Below, in pieces: positions 51,457-60,914 of a DNA stretch of 64,000 bases. The position numbers and the translations under genes are program-made. Origin of the DNA: Myxococcota bacterium (lineage in GTDB: Bacteria; Myxococcota_A; UBA9042). Every line of letters starts with the position of its first letter. Position 1 is the stretch's first letter. The DNA lies in NCBI GenBank assembly GCA_964201005.1, contig CAXNCS010000003.1:71180-135179 (forward strand). Direction: 5' to 3'. The notes beneath the pieces were generated by a model. That model had not been told where the DNA came from, made no database searches, and saw only the letters and a list, made by a program, of their open reading frames with translations.

Positions 51457-51882
51457 ATGCGCAAGTTGGAGCTGCGGAACCTGGATCAGATCGCCATCGC
51501 CGCTGGCCGTCAGGGCGAGCGCGGCATGACCCTGATCGAGATCATGGTGGTGATTGTCATTATCGGCGTGCTGGGCTCGGCGCTCGCTTACGGCGTGTTT
51601 GGCATGCTCGGCGATGCTCGGGCGGACGCGGCGCGGGCCCAAGTCGCGACGGTGGGCGGCGTAGTTGAGGCGTATGAGGCGCGCAACGGCGACTTCCCGG
51701 CGTCCCTGGCCGAGCTGACCGAGGGCAAGAATCCCAAGCTCAAGCCGGATAACCTCAAGGATCCGTGGAAGCAGGAACTCAACTACCAGGCGAGCGGCGA
51801 CGGCTTTACCCTCTGCTCCAACGGCCAGGACAAGAAGAGCGGCGGCGAAGACGACGTTTGCTACGGCGGCAAGGGCCGTTAG
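51457..51882 (+). CDS. gspG: Major pseudopilin GspG
   Basis: ATG 51457 is preceded by GGAGGA; the track ORF starts at 51439. Prepilin leader and cleavage motif ..GERG/MTLIEIMVVIVIIGVLG (Glu at +5). GspG-type C-terminus: DPWKQELNYQASGDGFTLCSNGQDKKSGGEDDV. Confidence 0.9.
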   Translation: MRKLELRNLDQIAIAAGRQGERGMTLIEIMVVIVIIGVLGSALAYGVFGMLGDARADAARAQVATVGGVVEAYEARNGDFPASLAELTEGKNPKLKPDNLKDPWKQELNYQASGDGFTLCSNGQDKKSGGEDDVCYGGKGR

Positions 51883-52541
51883 TGACGCCACGCCTGCCAG
51901 TACGCCCGCTGCCTCAGGTCGGAATTCGCCGATCTCAGCTGGGTTTTACCCTCATCGAGCTGGTGGCCGTGGTGGTGATCATCGCGGTGGTCACGGCGGC
52001 GGTGGCAGCGGGAGTGCAGAATGTCCGCGGTGCGTCGGTGCAGGCGGAGGCGGGCAAGCTCGCGGCGGCGGTGCGCTACTTGTACAACCTTGCGGTGGTA
52101 TCGGGGCGCAACCAGCGGCTGGTGATCGACATGGATTCGCAGAGTTGGTGGGCAGAGGAACAGGCGTCCAACGACCCGTGCGAAGCGTTTCTGCTGCCGG
52201 GCGAAGAGGGCGACGAGCCGGAGGACGGCAAAGAAGGGCCAGACGGACAGCGCGCGGCCAAGGGCGGTTTTGAGGCGACCAAGTCGCAGCTGCTGCAAAA
52301 AACCTCGCTGGAGAAGGGGATTACCTTCCTTGGCGCCATGACCAGCCACGACAACCAGCCGCTGGAAAAAGGTCAGGCCTACGTCTACTTCTTCCCCAAC
52401 GGCACGACCGAGCAGGCGCTGATCCAGCTGCAGGGCCGCGAAGACGACGTGATGACGGTGGAGGTGATGGCGCTCCAGGGCGCAGCGCGGATTCACGGGG
52501 ACAAAGTTGAGCTGGACACGCTAGCGCGAGAGAAGGAGTAG
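51882..52541 (+). CDS. gspH: Minor pseudopilin GspH-like
   Basis: GTG 51882 overlaps the gspG stop (TAGTG), in frame with ORF 51765-52541. Prepilin motif RRSQLG/FTLIELVAVVVIIAVV. It is in the fourth position, after gspG. Confidence 0.7.
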   Translation: MTPRLPVRPLPQVGIRRSQLGFTLIELVAVVVIIAVVTAAVAAGVQNVRGASVQAEAGKLAAAVRYLYNLAVVSGRNQRLVIDMDSQSWWAEEQASNDPCEAFLLPGEEGDEPEDGKEGPDGQRAAKGGFEATKSQLLQKTSLEKGITFLGAMTSHDNQPLEKGQAYVYFFPNGTTEQALIQLQGREDDVMTVEVMALQGAARIHGDKVELDTLAREKE

Positions 52542-52544
52542 AGA

Positions 52545-53447
52545 GTGCACAGGCGGCGGCCCCAGGCGGGCTTTACCTTGCTGGAAGTGATGGTGGCGAT
52601 GGCGCTTTTGGCCTTCGCGCTCACCATTATTACCGGCTCGGCGTCGTCGTCGGCCACGTATTCCAAGCGCGTGTATCGCTCGACGGTGGCGGCGCTGCTG
52701 CTCCGCGGGACCATCTTGGACATCGAGGAGAAGTACCGCAAAGACGGCTTTCCGACCAATGACCAAACGGGCAAAGACTGCGAATTGCCCAAGATGTACG
52801 CCAAGCAGTTCAAGTGCCAATACGATCTGATCGGCCTGAATCTGGACGACGGCTCGATCGCCGACATGAGCACCAACGCCCAGACGCTGCTGGCTAAAGC
52901 CCAGGAAACCTTGGCCCAATCGGGTGCGATGGACAAGCTGAGCGGCGGTGGTGCAGACGGCGGCGCCAAGCCCAAGGCGACCGATTTGGGCAATGCGGCG
53001 CAGACCGCCCAGTCGGCTGGACTCGACCTCGGCTCGCTGGCCAAGGGCGCCGATCTCATGCAGCTGCTTCAGGTAATTCTGCTTTCTGGCGATCAGGGTC
53101 TCAACCTGCTGCAACTCTGCGACATCAACATCAGCGTGCTGCAGATGTCCATGGGGCTGATGATCGGCGAGCTGCTGCCGCGGGTGCTCAAGCGGGCCTC
53201 TGACCGCACGCGCAAGATCGTCGTGCACCTGTCTTGGAAAGACGAAGAGCGCAACCAGCGGACCCTGGAGATGGAGACTTTTACCACCGCGGTTAGCCAG
53301 GAAGAGGCGGAGGCAATTCGCCAGATGAAGACGCAGGAGAAGATCCAAAACGCCATGGACCCGACCGGTGGCGCAGGTCCCGCGGGCCTTCCCGGCGTGC
53401 CCGGTCTTGGACTGCCCGGCTTGCGCGCGCCGACGGGGGGCCGATGA
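52545..53447 (+). CDS. gspI: Minor pseudopilin GspI-like, unusually long (300 aa)
   Basis: GTG 52545 is preceded by AAGGAG. Prepilin motif PQAG/FTLLEVMVAMALLAFAL. It carries an extra ~170 aa of low-complexity and helical sequence compared with what I expect for GspI. Confidence 0.65.
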   Translation: MHRRRPQAGFTLLEVMVAMALLAFALTIITGSASSSATYSKRVYRSTVAALLLRGTILDIEEKYRKDGFPTNDQTGKDCELPKMYAKQFKCQYDLIGLNLDDGSIADMSTNAQTLLAKAQETLAQSGAMDKLSGGGADGGAKPKATDLGNAAQTAQSAGLDLGSLAKGADLMQLLQVILLSGDQGLNLLQLCDINISVLQMSMGLMIGELLPRVLKRASDRTRKIVVHLSWKDEERNQRTLEMETFTTAVSQEEAEAIRQMKTQEKIQNAMDPTGGAGPAGLPGVPGLGLPGLRAPTGGR

Positions 53448-54343
53448 ATTTGCGGCGCGCCGGCTTCACCATGGTCGAGATTCTGGTGGGAGTGGCCCTG
53501 TTGGCCATGCTCGGCTTGATCTTGGCGGTGTCGACCAGCTCGCTGATGGGCTCGATTCGCGATACCCGCATTCTGCAAGAGTATTATCACACGGCGCGCG
53601 TCGCCTTGGGCCGCATGGAGCGCGAGGTGGCGATGGCCTATCTCAGCAAGCACCAGAGCGAGCGCCGCACCACCAAGACGGTATTTCTGGGCAAAACCAA
53701 CAGCTTGACCTTTACCACCACCGGTCACCGCCGCATGGTCCGCGGCGCCCGCGAGAGCGACGAGGCCGTGGTCGAGTTCAAGGTGGAGCGCGACAGCCGC
53801 ACGGGCGACAACGTGCTGATCCGCAGAGAGAAGCCCATCATCGATGACTCCCCGTATAAGGGAGGGCGCAAGCAGATCCTGGCGCGCGGCGTCAAGAAGC
53901 TGAGTTTTGCCTACTGGGACATGGACAAGGAATCCTGGCAGGCCGACTGGAAGGTGGAGATCGACAACGTCAAAGAAGAAGAGATGAAAAAGGCCCAGAC
54001 GGCAGCGGGGGTGACGGCGGCGACGGGCAATTTGGCCTTGGGCAAGGCGCTGGCCGGGGCCCAGCAGGAGGCGACCCACGGCCCCCAGGATTACTGGCTG
54101 CCGGCGCGGGTGCGCATGACCCTGACCTTGGAGACGGAGGATGGCGAGCTGGCCTTTGAGACCCAAACGCGGGTGCGGCTGATGCAACCGCTGGACTTGG
54201 GCGGCATTCATGTGCCCAAAGCCTTTGAGAATACGCTGAATCCCTATGCCGCGATGCCGGCCCAGACACCGTCTAGCTTTGTCTTGCCCACCCAAGGTGG
54301 CATGCCGGCGACTGGCGGCGGGCTATTGGGAGGTGGGCGATGA
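53444..54343 (+). CDS. gspJ: Minor pseudopilin GspJ-like
   Basis: ATGA overlap with the previous gene. Prepilin motif RRAG/FTMVEILVGVALLAMLG. The size and position fit GspJ. Confidence 0.7.
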   Translation: MNLRRAGFTMVEILVGVALLAMLGLILAVSTSSLMGSIRDTRILQEYYHTARVALGRMEREVAMAYLSKHQSERRTTKTVFLGKTNSLTFTTTGHRRMVRGARESDEAVVEFKVERDSRTGDNVLIRREKPIIDDSPYKGGRKQILARGVKKLSFAYWDMDKESWQADWKVEIDNVKEEEMKKAQTAAGVTAATGNLALGKALAGAQQEATHGPQDYWLPARVRMTLTLETEDGELAFETQTRVRLMQPLDLGGIHVPKAFENTLNPYAAMPAQTPSSFVLPTQGGMPATGGGLLGGGR

Positions 54344-55614
54344 CCGTTGCGCCGCAGACAAAGAGCAGCCGCTGGAGCGCTGCGTGGGCCGCCGCTCAGC
54401 GGGCCGTGGGCGAAGGGGCGGCGGGTCCGTCGGATCGCCAGCGCGGTGTCGCACTTCTCCTTGCAGTCTCAGCGATTGCCATTTTGACAATTTTCTCGCT
54501 CGAGTTCACATATACCTCCAGAGTGTCTGTGCGCACGGCCACTTACGTCGAGGCCGAGGTCGAAGCGCACCTGCACGCGCGCGCCGCGGTCGAATTGGCG
54601 GCCATGGTGATCGGCTCGACCGACATTATCGAGTCGATCATCAACAAATACGCGTCGATGATGGGAGGCCGCAAGCCGACGATCAACACCAGCAATTACG
54701 CCTGCGAATTCGTCAACGCCTTCTGCCGCGGCGAGATGACGCTGATGGGCCTGCAACTGGTCAACCTGGAAGGACATCCCGCTGTAGGCCTCAAGCGCGG
54801 CAGCTGCGGGTGTACCTCAACGGACGACGACGGTCGGGTCAACATCAACCGCGTGGGCGACCTGAACCAGAAACAGGCGGTGTTCGATACGCTGTACAAG
54901 CTCCTGGAGCGCAATGCCGGCGTGACTCAAGTGGGCGATCTGGATAAGGATATGGCGCAGTTGGCCCTCAACATCATCGATTGGGCGGACAAAGATCAGA
55001 GCAAGACCGACATTGATCCGGGCTCGCGCAAACTAGTAGAGGGCTCCGGGGCCGAGGGCGGCAGCTATGCCCGCGGCGGTCTCAAGGTCAAAGACGCACC
55101 TTACGACACGACGGAAGAGGTGCGGCTGGTAGAGGGCATGACCGACCAGCTGTGGTGCAAACTCAAAGACCAGCTCACCGTCTACAATACCGACAAATTG
55201 AACGTCAATTCCGCGCCGATCGAGGTGATCAAGGCGCTGGTCTGCAAGAATTTGGCCAATCCCGCCAATGAGCCGGTGGCCTGTGCCCGAGGCTTTGCCC
55301 AGAATCAGTTTGTACCGGTCAATGTCGCCGGGCAGTACATCGAAGTGTGTCGGGCCTTGAAGAAGATGGTGTTTTCGCCGCCTTTTGCCAACGCCGGGCG
55401 CTTTGCCCAGTTCTTTGACAAGCTCGGCACGGTTTTGCCGCCCGACTACGCCCAGGTGTTGCAGGTCAACCAGCAGCGCATGCTCGACGATGTCGGCACC
55501 AGCGGTAAGATCGTGCGCATTCAAGCTTTTGGCACTTCGGGCAAGGTGCAAAAACGCATCACTGCGCTGCTGGACACCACCAGTCAGCGCTACGTCTACT
55601 GGAGAGAGGACTAG
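54340..55614 (+). CDS. gspK: Minor pseudopilin GspK-like
   Basis: ATGA overlap with the previous gene. It has the GspK-type leader QRGVALLLAVSAIAILTIF (no Glu+5). Helix-hairpin-helix-like LNVNSAPIEVIKALV. 424 aa. Confidence 0.75.
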   Translation: MTVAPQTKSSRWSAAWAAAQRAVGEGAAGPSDRQRGVALLLAVSAIAILTIFSLEFTYTSRVSVRTATYVEAEVEAHLHARAAVELAAMVIGSTDIIESIINKYASMMGGRKPTINTSNYACEFVNAFCRGEMTLMGLQLVNLEGHPAVGLKRGSCGCTSTDDDGRVNINRVGDLNQKQAVFDTLYKLLERNAGVTQVGDLDKDMAQLALNIIDWADKDQSKTDIDPGSRKLVEGSGAEGGSYARGGLKVKDAPYDTTEEVRLVEGMTDQLWCKLKDQLTVYNTDKLNVNSAPIEVIKALVCKNLANPANEPVACARGFAQNQFVPVNVAGQYIEVCRALKKMVFSPPFANAGRFAQFFDKLGTVLPPDYAQVLQVNQQRMLDDVGTSGKIVRIQAFGTSGKVQKRITALLDTTSQRYVYWRED

Positions 55615-57672
55615 ATGGCCCACCGCATTCTCGGTTTGGACATCGGCAGGACGGCGGTGCGCCTGGCGATCGTCGACAAATCCCTGCGTCAGGCGGCGCT
55701 GGCCGGCTTTGACCAGCAGGCTGTCGTTGAGGCCGCAGCCCCTGCAGAGGGCGAAGGGGTAAAGCACGACCGCCACGCAGCGTTTTCTCCGGGCCAACAA
55801 GAGGCGGTTCGGCTGTTGCTCGCGCGCAACTTGCGCCCAGACGATGTGCTTTCCGTCGCTCTTCCGTCGCTGCAATGCATGCACCGGACCCTGTCGTTCC
55901 CGTTTAAGGATGACAAGGCGATCGCCGACGCGGTGGGCTTTGAGCTGGAGAACCACATTCCGACCCCGCTAGCCGATGTGGTGGTCGATTTTGTGCGCAT
56001 CGGCGAAAAAGACGGCCAGACCGAGGTGTTGGCCCTAGCCGCTCCCCGCACAGAGGTGATTCGCTATCTGGACGGCTACAAGGCCATGGGCATCGAGGCC
56101 CGCCGCCTGGGCCTGCAGAGCTTGGCGTACAGCGCGCTAATTCGGCATTTGCCAGAAGAAAAGACCGGCGTGACGCTGCTGGTAGACATCGGCTCGCGGG
56201 CAACGGAAGTCCTCGCGGCGCTGGACGGCAAGCCGCAGATGCTGCGCTCCTTTGCTTTTGGCGCAGAGACGGCGGCGGAGTTGTTCGCCAGTCAAGTCAC
56301 CAGCGATCTGCCGGCCGGACAGTTGTTGCAGCAACACGCTCTGCTCCTTCCAGACGATGTTTTGGAAAGTACGCAGGAAAGGGCCGTTGCCGAGGCGACC
56401 CGGCTGGCCCTACAACCTCTGCTGCGCGAGCTTCGCTTGACGCTCTCCGGCTGGTTGCGCCGCGCCCATCGCCGCCCCGATCGCGTGCTGGTCACCGGTG
56501 GCCTAGCCCAGTTGAACGGACTCGCTGAATACCTGGAGCGCTGCCTCGACTTGCCGGTGCGCCACGTTCGCCTCGGGGACATGCCCGACGTGCGCGTGGC
56601 AGAAGCCAGCCAACTGGGGGACAGCGCCGCGTTGGCCGTCGCCCTGGCCTTGGGCGCTGGCGAGGCAATTCCTGAGGGCGACGTCGATTTTCGCCAGGGC
56701 GATCTGGCCTATGAAGGCGACTTCAAGATCCTGCGCCAGCGCCTTCCTCTGCTCGCAGCCTTTGTGATCATTGCCTTGTGCCTCATGGGCATCCGCGCCA
56801 GCTTGAACTACCGGGCCTTGGTCACCGAGCAAGAGCAGCAGCGGGGGACCTTGCAGGTGCTGGCCAAGCAGCTGACGGGCAAGGCCTCCACCGATTTTGA
56901 CGCGGTCAAGACCGAGCTTGAGCGGCCGATCGCTTTGGATATCGCGAGCTTCTATCCGGAATTGTCTGCGTTTCGCGCCTTGGAGGAAGTGTCCAACATC
57001 ATCGACAAGGTCACGGAGCCGCCGGATTTCAAGACGCCAGGTGGTCCAGAAGAAGCCGCGGCGCCGCAACCGTCGACCGATCCGGCCAACCTTCCACCGG
57101 CACAGTTTCGAGGTGTTCCAGATTTGGGGGGCCGTCCGCTCGAGGGGATGCGCGCCGTTCGCGCCCGCCGGGCTGCGGGCCGCTCTGACAGCGAAGAGGA
57201 CACGCCACCGGCGTCTGTGCCGCCCATGGCCCCCGGGGCCCCAGGCGGCGACGTTCCTGCGGATCCCGCAGCCGCCATGCGCGCTGCAGCCGCAGGCCGC
57301 GCCGGGCCGTCTGGCGCAGCGCCTGCGGAAGATGGGGCGGCAGCCGGCGGGGACGCGCCCAAGGGTGAGTTCTCTGGCCACCAGATTGAACTTTCCTCTG
57401 TGCAAATCGACCGAGGCCACGCCACCCTTCGAGGCGACGCCGACACGCAGGACGCGCTGTTGGCCTTGCAGCAAGCGGTCGACGCCCATCGCTGCTTTGG
57501 CAAGGTCAAGTCGTCATCCGACCGCATCACCTTTGAACGCCACAACGACTGGTTCAAGTTCACCCTCGAGTTCGAGATTGCCTGCCCCTCTGCCGCCGCC
57601 AAAGCCGCAGAGCAGGGCAAGGACGCCAAAGGCGCCGCCAAGGGCAGCAAGGCTGACAGCGAAGAAGAGTAG
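55615..57672 (+). CDS. gspL: GspL-like assembly protein with an actin/PilM-like cytoplasmic domain, one TM helix and a long Pro/Ala-rich periplasmic region
   Basis: ATG follows directly after the gspK stop. ILGLDIGRTAVRLAIVD and TLLVDIGSRATEVLAAL are actin-fold phosphate motifs. The TM helix is LLAAFVIIALCLMGI. It is in the position between gspK and gspM. Confidence 0.65.
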   Translation: MAHRILGLDIGRTAVRLAIVDKSLRQAALAGFDQQAVVEAAAPAEGEGVKHDRHAAFSPGQQEAVRLLLARNLRPDDVLSVALPSLQCMHRTLSFPFKDDKAIADAVGFELENHIPTPLADVVVDFVRIGEKDGQTEVLALAAPRTEVIRYLDGYKAMGIEARRLGLQSLAYSALIRHLPEEKTGVTLLVDIGSRATEVLAALDGKPQMLRSFAFGAETAAELFASQVTSDLPAGQLLQQHALLLPDDVLESTQERAVAEATRLALQPLLRELRLTLSGWLRRAHRRPDRVLVTGGLAQLNGLAEYLERCLDLPVRHVRLGDMPDVRVAEASQLGDSAALAVALALGAGEAIPEGDVDFRQGDLAYEGDFKILRQRLPLLAAFVIIALCLMGIRASLNYRALVTEQEQQRGTLQVLAKQLTGKASTDFDAVKTELERPIALDIASFYPELSAFRALEEVSNIIDKVTEPPDFKTPGGPEEAAAPQPSTDPANLPPAQFRGVPDLGGRPLEGMRAVRARRAAGRSDSEEDTPPASVPPMAPGAPGGDVPADPAAAMRAAAAGRAGPSGAAPAEDGAAAGGDAPKGEFSGHQIELSSVQIDRGHATLRGDADTQDALLALQQAVDAHRCFGKVKSSSDRITFERHNDWFKFTLEFEIACPSAAAKAAEQGKDAKGAAKGSKADSEEE

Positions 57673-57718
57673 GGCCCCGCCGACCACCGCGCCCGCCCTA
57701 GGATGAGAGGAGCAGAAG

Positions 57719-58387
57719 ATGACCGTGGCCCTATCAAAATTGACACGCCTTTCCGCCGCTTTTGAGCGGCTCAGCGACCGCGAGCGCAAGATCGTGCTGG
57801 CCGGTTCGGCGCTGGTGGTGCTGGCGGGCCTGGTCCTGGCGGCCCTGCTCGTGTCGCGGCGGGTCAACGCGATGGAAGAAGAGGTCGTGGCCAGCGAGCA
57901 AGCTTTGGCCGACATCGTCGCGGCTGGTCCTGCCTATCTACGCATGCGCGAAGATGAAAAGGCCGTAGCTGACCAGCTGGAGCGGGCGTCCAAGGAGCCG
58001 CTCCAAGCCGCCGTGCTGGGGATTGCCAAGGCGATCGCCTACGACCGTCAAGACCAGGACGGTGCGGTGATCAATGAGAAGCTGGCGGATGTCATCAAGT
58101 TCTCTAATGCCTCCGACATCTTGGCCGAGCTGACCACCAAGACCAAGAAAGTGGCCAAGAAGAAGACCAAGAAGAAGGGCGGCAAAGAAGTGTTCCTGTC
58201 GACGATCGACGCGGTGTTTGAGAACGTCCCCGATGAGGCGATCTTCCGCTTTATGGCCAAGTTGGAGACGCACCCGGAGCCGATGTTTGGCCTCAACGTC
58301 GACATCAACCGCAGCGGCAACGGCAACGAACAAATGCGGGCGACCATCAAGATCGGCCAGTTCCGCTACGGCCAGCTGGAGGAGTAG
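57719..58387 (+). CDS. gspM: GspM-like protein
   Basis: GAGGAG lies upstream of the start. Short cytoplasmic N-terminus, a single TM helix (IVLAGSALVVLAGLVLAALLV) and a ~170-aa periplasmic domain. The position fits GspM. Confidence 0.6.
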   Translation: MTVALSKLTRLSAAFERLSDRERKIVLAGSALVVLAGLVLAALLVSRRVNAMEEEVVASEQALADIVAAGPAYLRMREDEKAVADQLERASKEPLQAAVLGIAKAIAYDRQDQDGAVINEKLADVIKFSNASDILAELTTKTKKVAKKKTKKKGGKEVFLSTIDAVFENVPDEAIFRFMAKLETHPEPMFGLNVDINRSGNGNEQMRATIKIGQFRYGQLEE

Positions 58388-58390
58388 GCG

Positions 58391-59932
58391 ATGCAGCGCT
58401 TCTGGGAACACCCGCGGTTCATCGCCGCCCTACAATACGCCGGCTACACGATGTTTTTCGTGTTGGCCGTGCTCTTGGCTTTTCCATGGACCTTCCCGTC
58501 GCGGCAAGTGCGCACGTTTATTGCAAAGCAGGCGAGAGCTCAGGGCTATCCTTTGCACATGGACGACGTCCAGTTGCGCGGCATTGGCGGTTTGGAGATC
58601 GCCGGCCTGCGGCTGACCCTGCCCGGCAAGCCCGGCGAGCCCCAGCCTGGCGGTGGTTCATCGGCGGCTCTGCCCGAAGTCGAGTTCAAGATCGACAGAA
58701 TATCCGCCAAAGTCGCGGTGTTGCCGCTGTTGTTTGGCAAGACGGTCGATGTCCGCTTTGACATTGAAGCAGGCGGCGGTGCCATCAGCGAAGGCCGTGT
58801 CGTGCGCAAGGGCGAGGTGTTTGACATTGAAATCGGCAAGATCGAAGGCATGGACCTGGGCGACTCCGGCCTCGGCGGCCGGGCCCTGGGAACGCAGACC
58901 AAATTGCTGGGCCAAATCGACGGTTCCCTGGCCGGCAAGCTCCAGGTTCACTACGGCGGCACCAGCGACGATCTGAAGGGATCGGTCGACCTGGAACTCG
59001 CCGACGCGATCCTGAAATCCCCCGAATTGTCCATGCAAGGCGGCCTCAAGTTCACCGATTTGGCGATGGGCACCCTGACCCTCAAGGTCAAGATGGGCCT
59101 CAAGCAAAGCATGGCGGCGCTGGCTGCCGAGCGGGGCGCCGAAAAGGCCACGGTGATTCACATCGAGCAGCTTCAGGCCGAGGGCGAGCAGCTGGAGCTG
59201 ATCACTGCGGAAAACTCACACATCCTGATTCCGCCAGGAAAATCGGGGTGGAAGGCGGCGTCTATGCAGCTGCACTTTGCCTTTCACATCGTCGACAAGC
59301 CGCAAAAGAAGAAGGGCGGCAAAGACGGCGAGAAGGCCGGCGACGATGCGGAGGAAGGCGGCGAAAAGCCTGTGTCGGACCGGCTCAAGTGGACTTCTCT
59401 GCTCAGCATGGCCGGAAACAAGCTCAAGCCGTTTGAGCGCGGCGGCTATATCGGCATGACCTGTACCGGACCTCTGTCGCGGCCACAGTGCAACCCTGCG
59501 ATTCCGCAAGTGACGATTGGTGGACGCGGCACCGTCAAGCTTGAGGGCGGGCCGGCCCCAGCGGGTGCAGCCCCGGCGCCAGCGTCTGCCGATCCTGCGG
59601 CCGCACCGGGCTCACCGCCGCCCAATGTTGAGTTCCGCCCCGTGGCGCGCCCTGAGCCGCCTCCAGTGGCCGTACCTGCGCCGGCCCCAGAGCCTGCGCC
59701 AGTGCCGGAGCCGCAAGCGCAACCGCAGCCAGAACAACGGCCAGCCGAAGGCCAGGCGCCGGGCAGAGCGCCGAGGCAGGACGCGCCGCCGGAAAAACCG
59801 GAGGAGTATCAGGCACCAGCGGGCCAGCCGCGCGAACCTGGCGAGGGCGGCGAGCGCGGCCAAGGCGAGCGTCCGCCGGCGGATCCGCCCCCCGAGGGCG
59901 AAGCGCCGCCTCCAGCCGAACAGCCAGAATAG
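58391..59932 (+). CDS. gspN: GspN-like protein with a Pro-rich C-terminal tail
   Basis: The N-terminal TM helix (YAGYTMFFVLAVLLAFPWTFP) is followed by LRGIGGLEIAGLRLTLPG.. and repeated beta-rich segments typical of GspN/AsmA-like folds. The last ~125 aa are P/A/E/Q-rich. This is the last gene of the cluster. Confidence 0.6.
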   Translation: MQRFWEHPRFIAALQYAGYTMFFVLAVLLAFPWTFPSRQVRTFIAKQARAQGYPLHMDDVQLRGIGGLEIAGLRLTLPGKPGEPQPGGGSSAALPEVEFKIDRISAKVAVLPLLFGKTVDVRFDIEAGGGAISEGRVVRKGEVFDIEIGKIEGMDLGDSGLGGRALGTQTKLLGQIDGSLAGKLQVHYGGTSDDLKGSVDLELADAILKSPELSMQGGLKFTDLAMGTLTLKVKMGLKQSMAALAAERGAEKATVIHIEQLQAEGEQLELITAENSHILIPPGKSGWKAASMQLHFAFHIVDKPQKKKGGKDGEKAGDDAEEGGEKPVSDRLKWTSLLSMAGNKLKPFERGGYIGMTCTGPLSRPQCNPAIPQVTIGGRGTVKLEGGPAPAGAAPAPASADPAAAPGSPPPNVEFRPVARPEPPPVAVPAPAPEPAPVPEPQAQPQPEQRPAEGQAPGRAPRQDAPPEKPEEYQAPAGQPREPGEGGERGQGERPPADPPPEGEAPPPAEQPE

Positions 59933-60100
59933 GCTGCGTTCGACCGCGGTGGGGCGCGCCGCCGAGAAGGGCTCGCTGGCCTGCATCGCGCTGCCGGGGA
60001 GATCGCCAATTTCGCCGATGGCGAGGGGCGGCGGTACCCGGACCTTCGAGCGATAGACCTGGTTTTGTCGGGCCCTAAGTGCGGGGCCTGCATTTTGTCC

Positions 60101-60128
60101 TTGACCTCGCGCCGCTGGTGGGTATCCT
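60101..60128 (+). promoter_or_regulatory. Candidate sigma70-type promoter upstream of the small ORF
   Basis: TTGACC (60101-60106), a 16-nt spacer, then TATCCT (60123-60128), about 50 nt upstream of ATG 60178. This is a motif match only. Confidence 0.25.
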
Positions 60129-60177
60129 CCGCCCGCCGATAGCCGCACCCCCTTGTGTGCGCCCGCAGGATGCCAAG

Positions 60178-60462
60178 ATGTCGACGTTGTTGCCTGCCTC
60201 TGTACTCGACGATAGCGGCCGCCCGCACCGCCTCAGCGACTTCTTCCGCTGCGCCCATCGCAACCGAAACCTGGCCTTGTCCGTCTGCCTGGACGACTAC
60301 ATGAATGCCAATGCCTTGCGCGTCAAGTCGATGGTCTGCTTTGAATGCGGCCAGGGCGGCCTGAACCGCGAGTCGTTTGCCGCCGACGCCGATACCGAGG
60401 GCTTGCTGGACCAGGAAATCTGGGCTCGCCTCATTTCGGACATGAAAGACCCGGAAGGTTAG
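60178..60462 (+). CDS. Hypothetical small protein (94 aa) with four Cys
   Basis: In-frame ATG 60178 (AGGA upstream) within ORF 60079-60462. GC3-rich codon usage. Sequence MSTLLPASVLDDSGRPHRLSDFFRCAHRNRNLALSVCLDDYMNANALRVKSMVCFECGQGGL.. I recognised no family. Confidence 0.4.
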   Translation: MSTLLPASVLDDSGRPHRLSDFFRCAHRNRNLALSVCLDDYMNANALRVKSMVCFECGQGGLNRESFAADADTEGLLDQEIWARLISDMKDPEG

Positions 60463-60914
60463 CGCGCCTGGCCGTTGCGCCCCAACCGGCATCCCCTCGC
60501 GGGTTCGCCCGGCGCCGTTGGGTAGCTCTCCACTTGGCCTTCGCCCCCACAGATACGGCTCGCGCCCAACGGGATCAGGCGGCTCCGTCGCTGCTCTGCG
60601 ACTCTCGCTAGTTGTCGAGTTGTTGCAGGACTGCTCCTTAGGGGCATTCTGCAACGCAGTGCGCCTTGCCAGAGCGGCGAACGGCGTGGTATCGTCGGGG
60701 GCTGCGCAGAGCTAGACACGAGCCCGGCGCGTCAGGGCAGGAGCGGAAATACCGCTGCTCCCCCCTCAGCTGCACAGCCCGACCTCCGTCGCGGCGCCGC
60801 AGACCACCCGCAGGAGCGCTTGCGACGGAATTGCCTTCCGTTGCAGCGCCCTACAAGAGCGACAGGCCGGCCGAGTCGGACGCGACCCGCCGCCGCAAGA
60901 AGCCCCGGAGAAGC

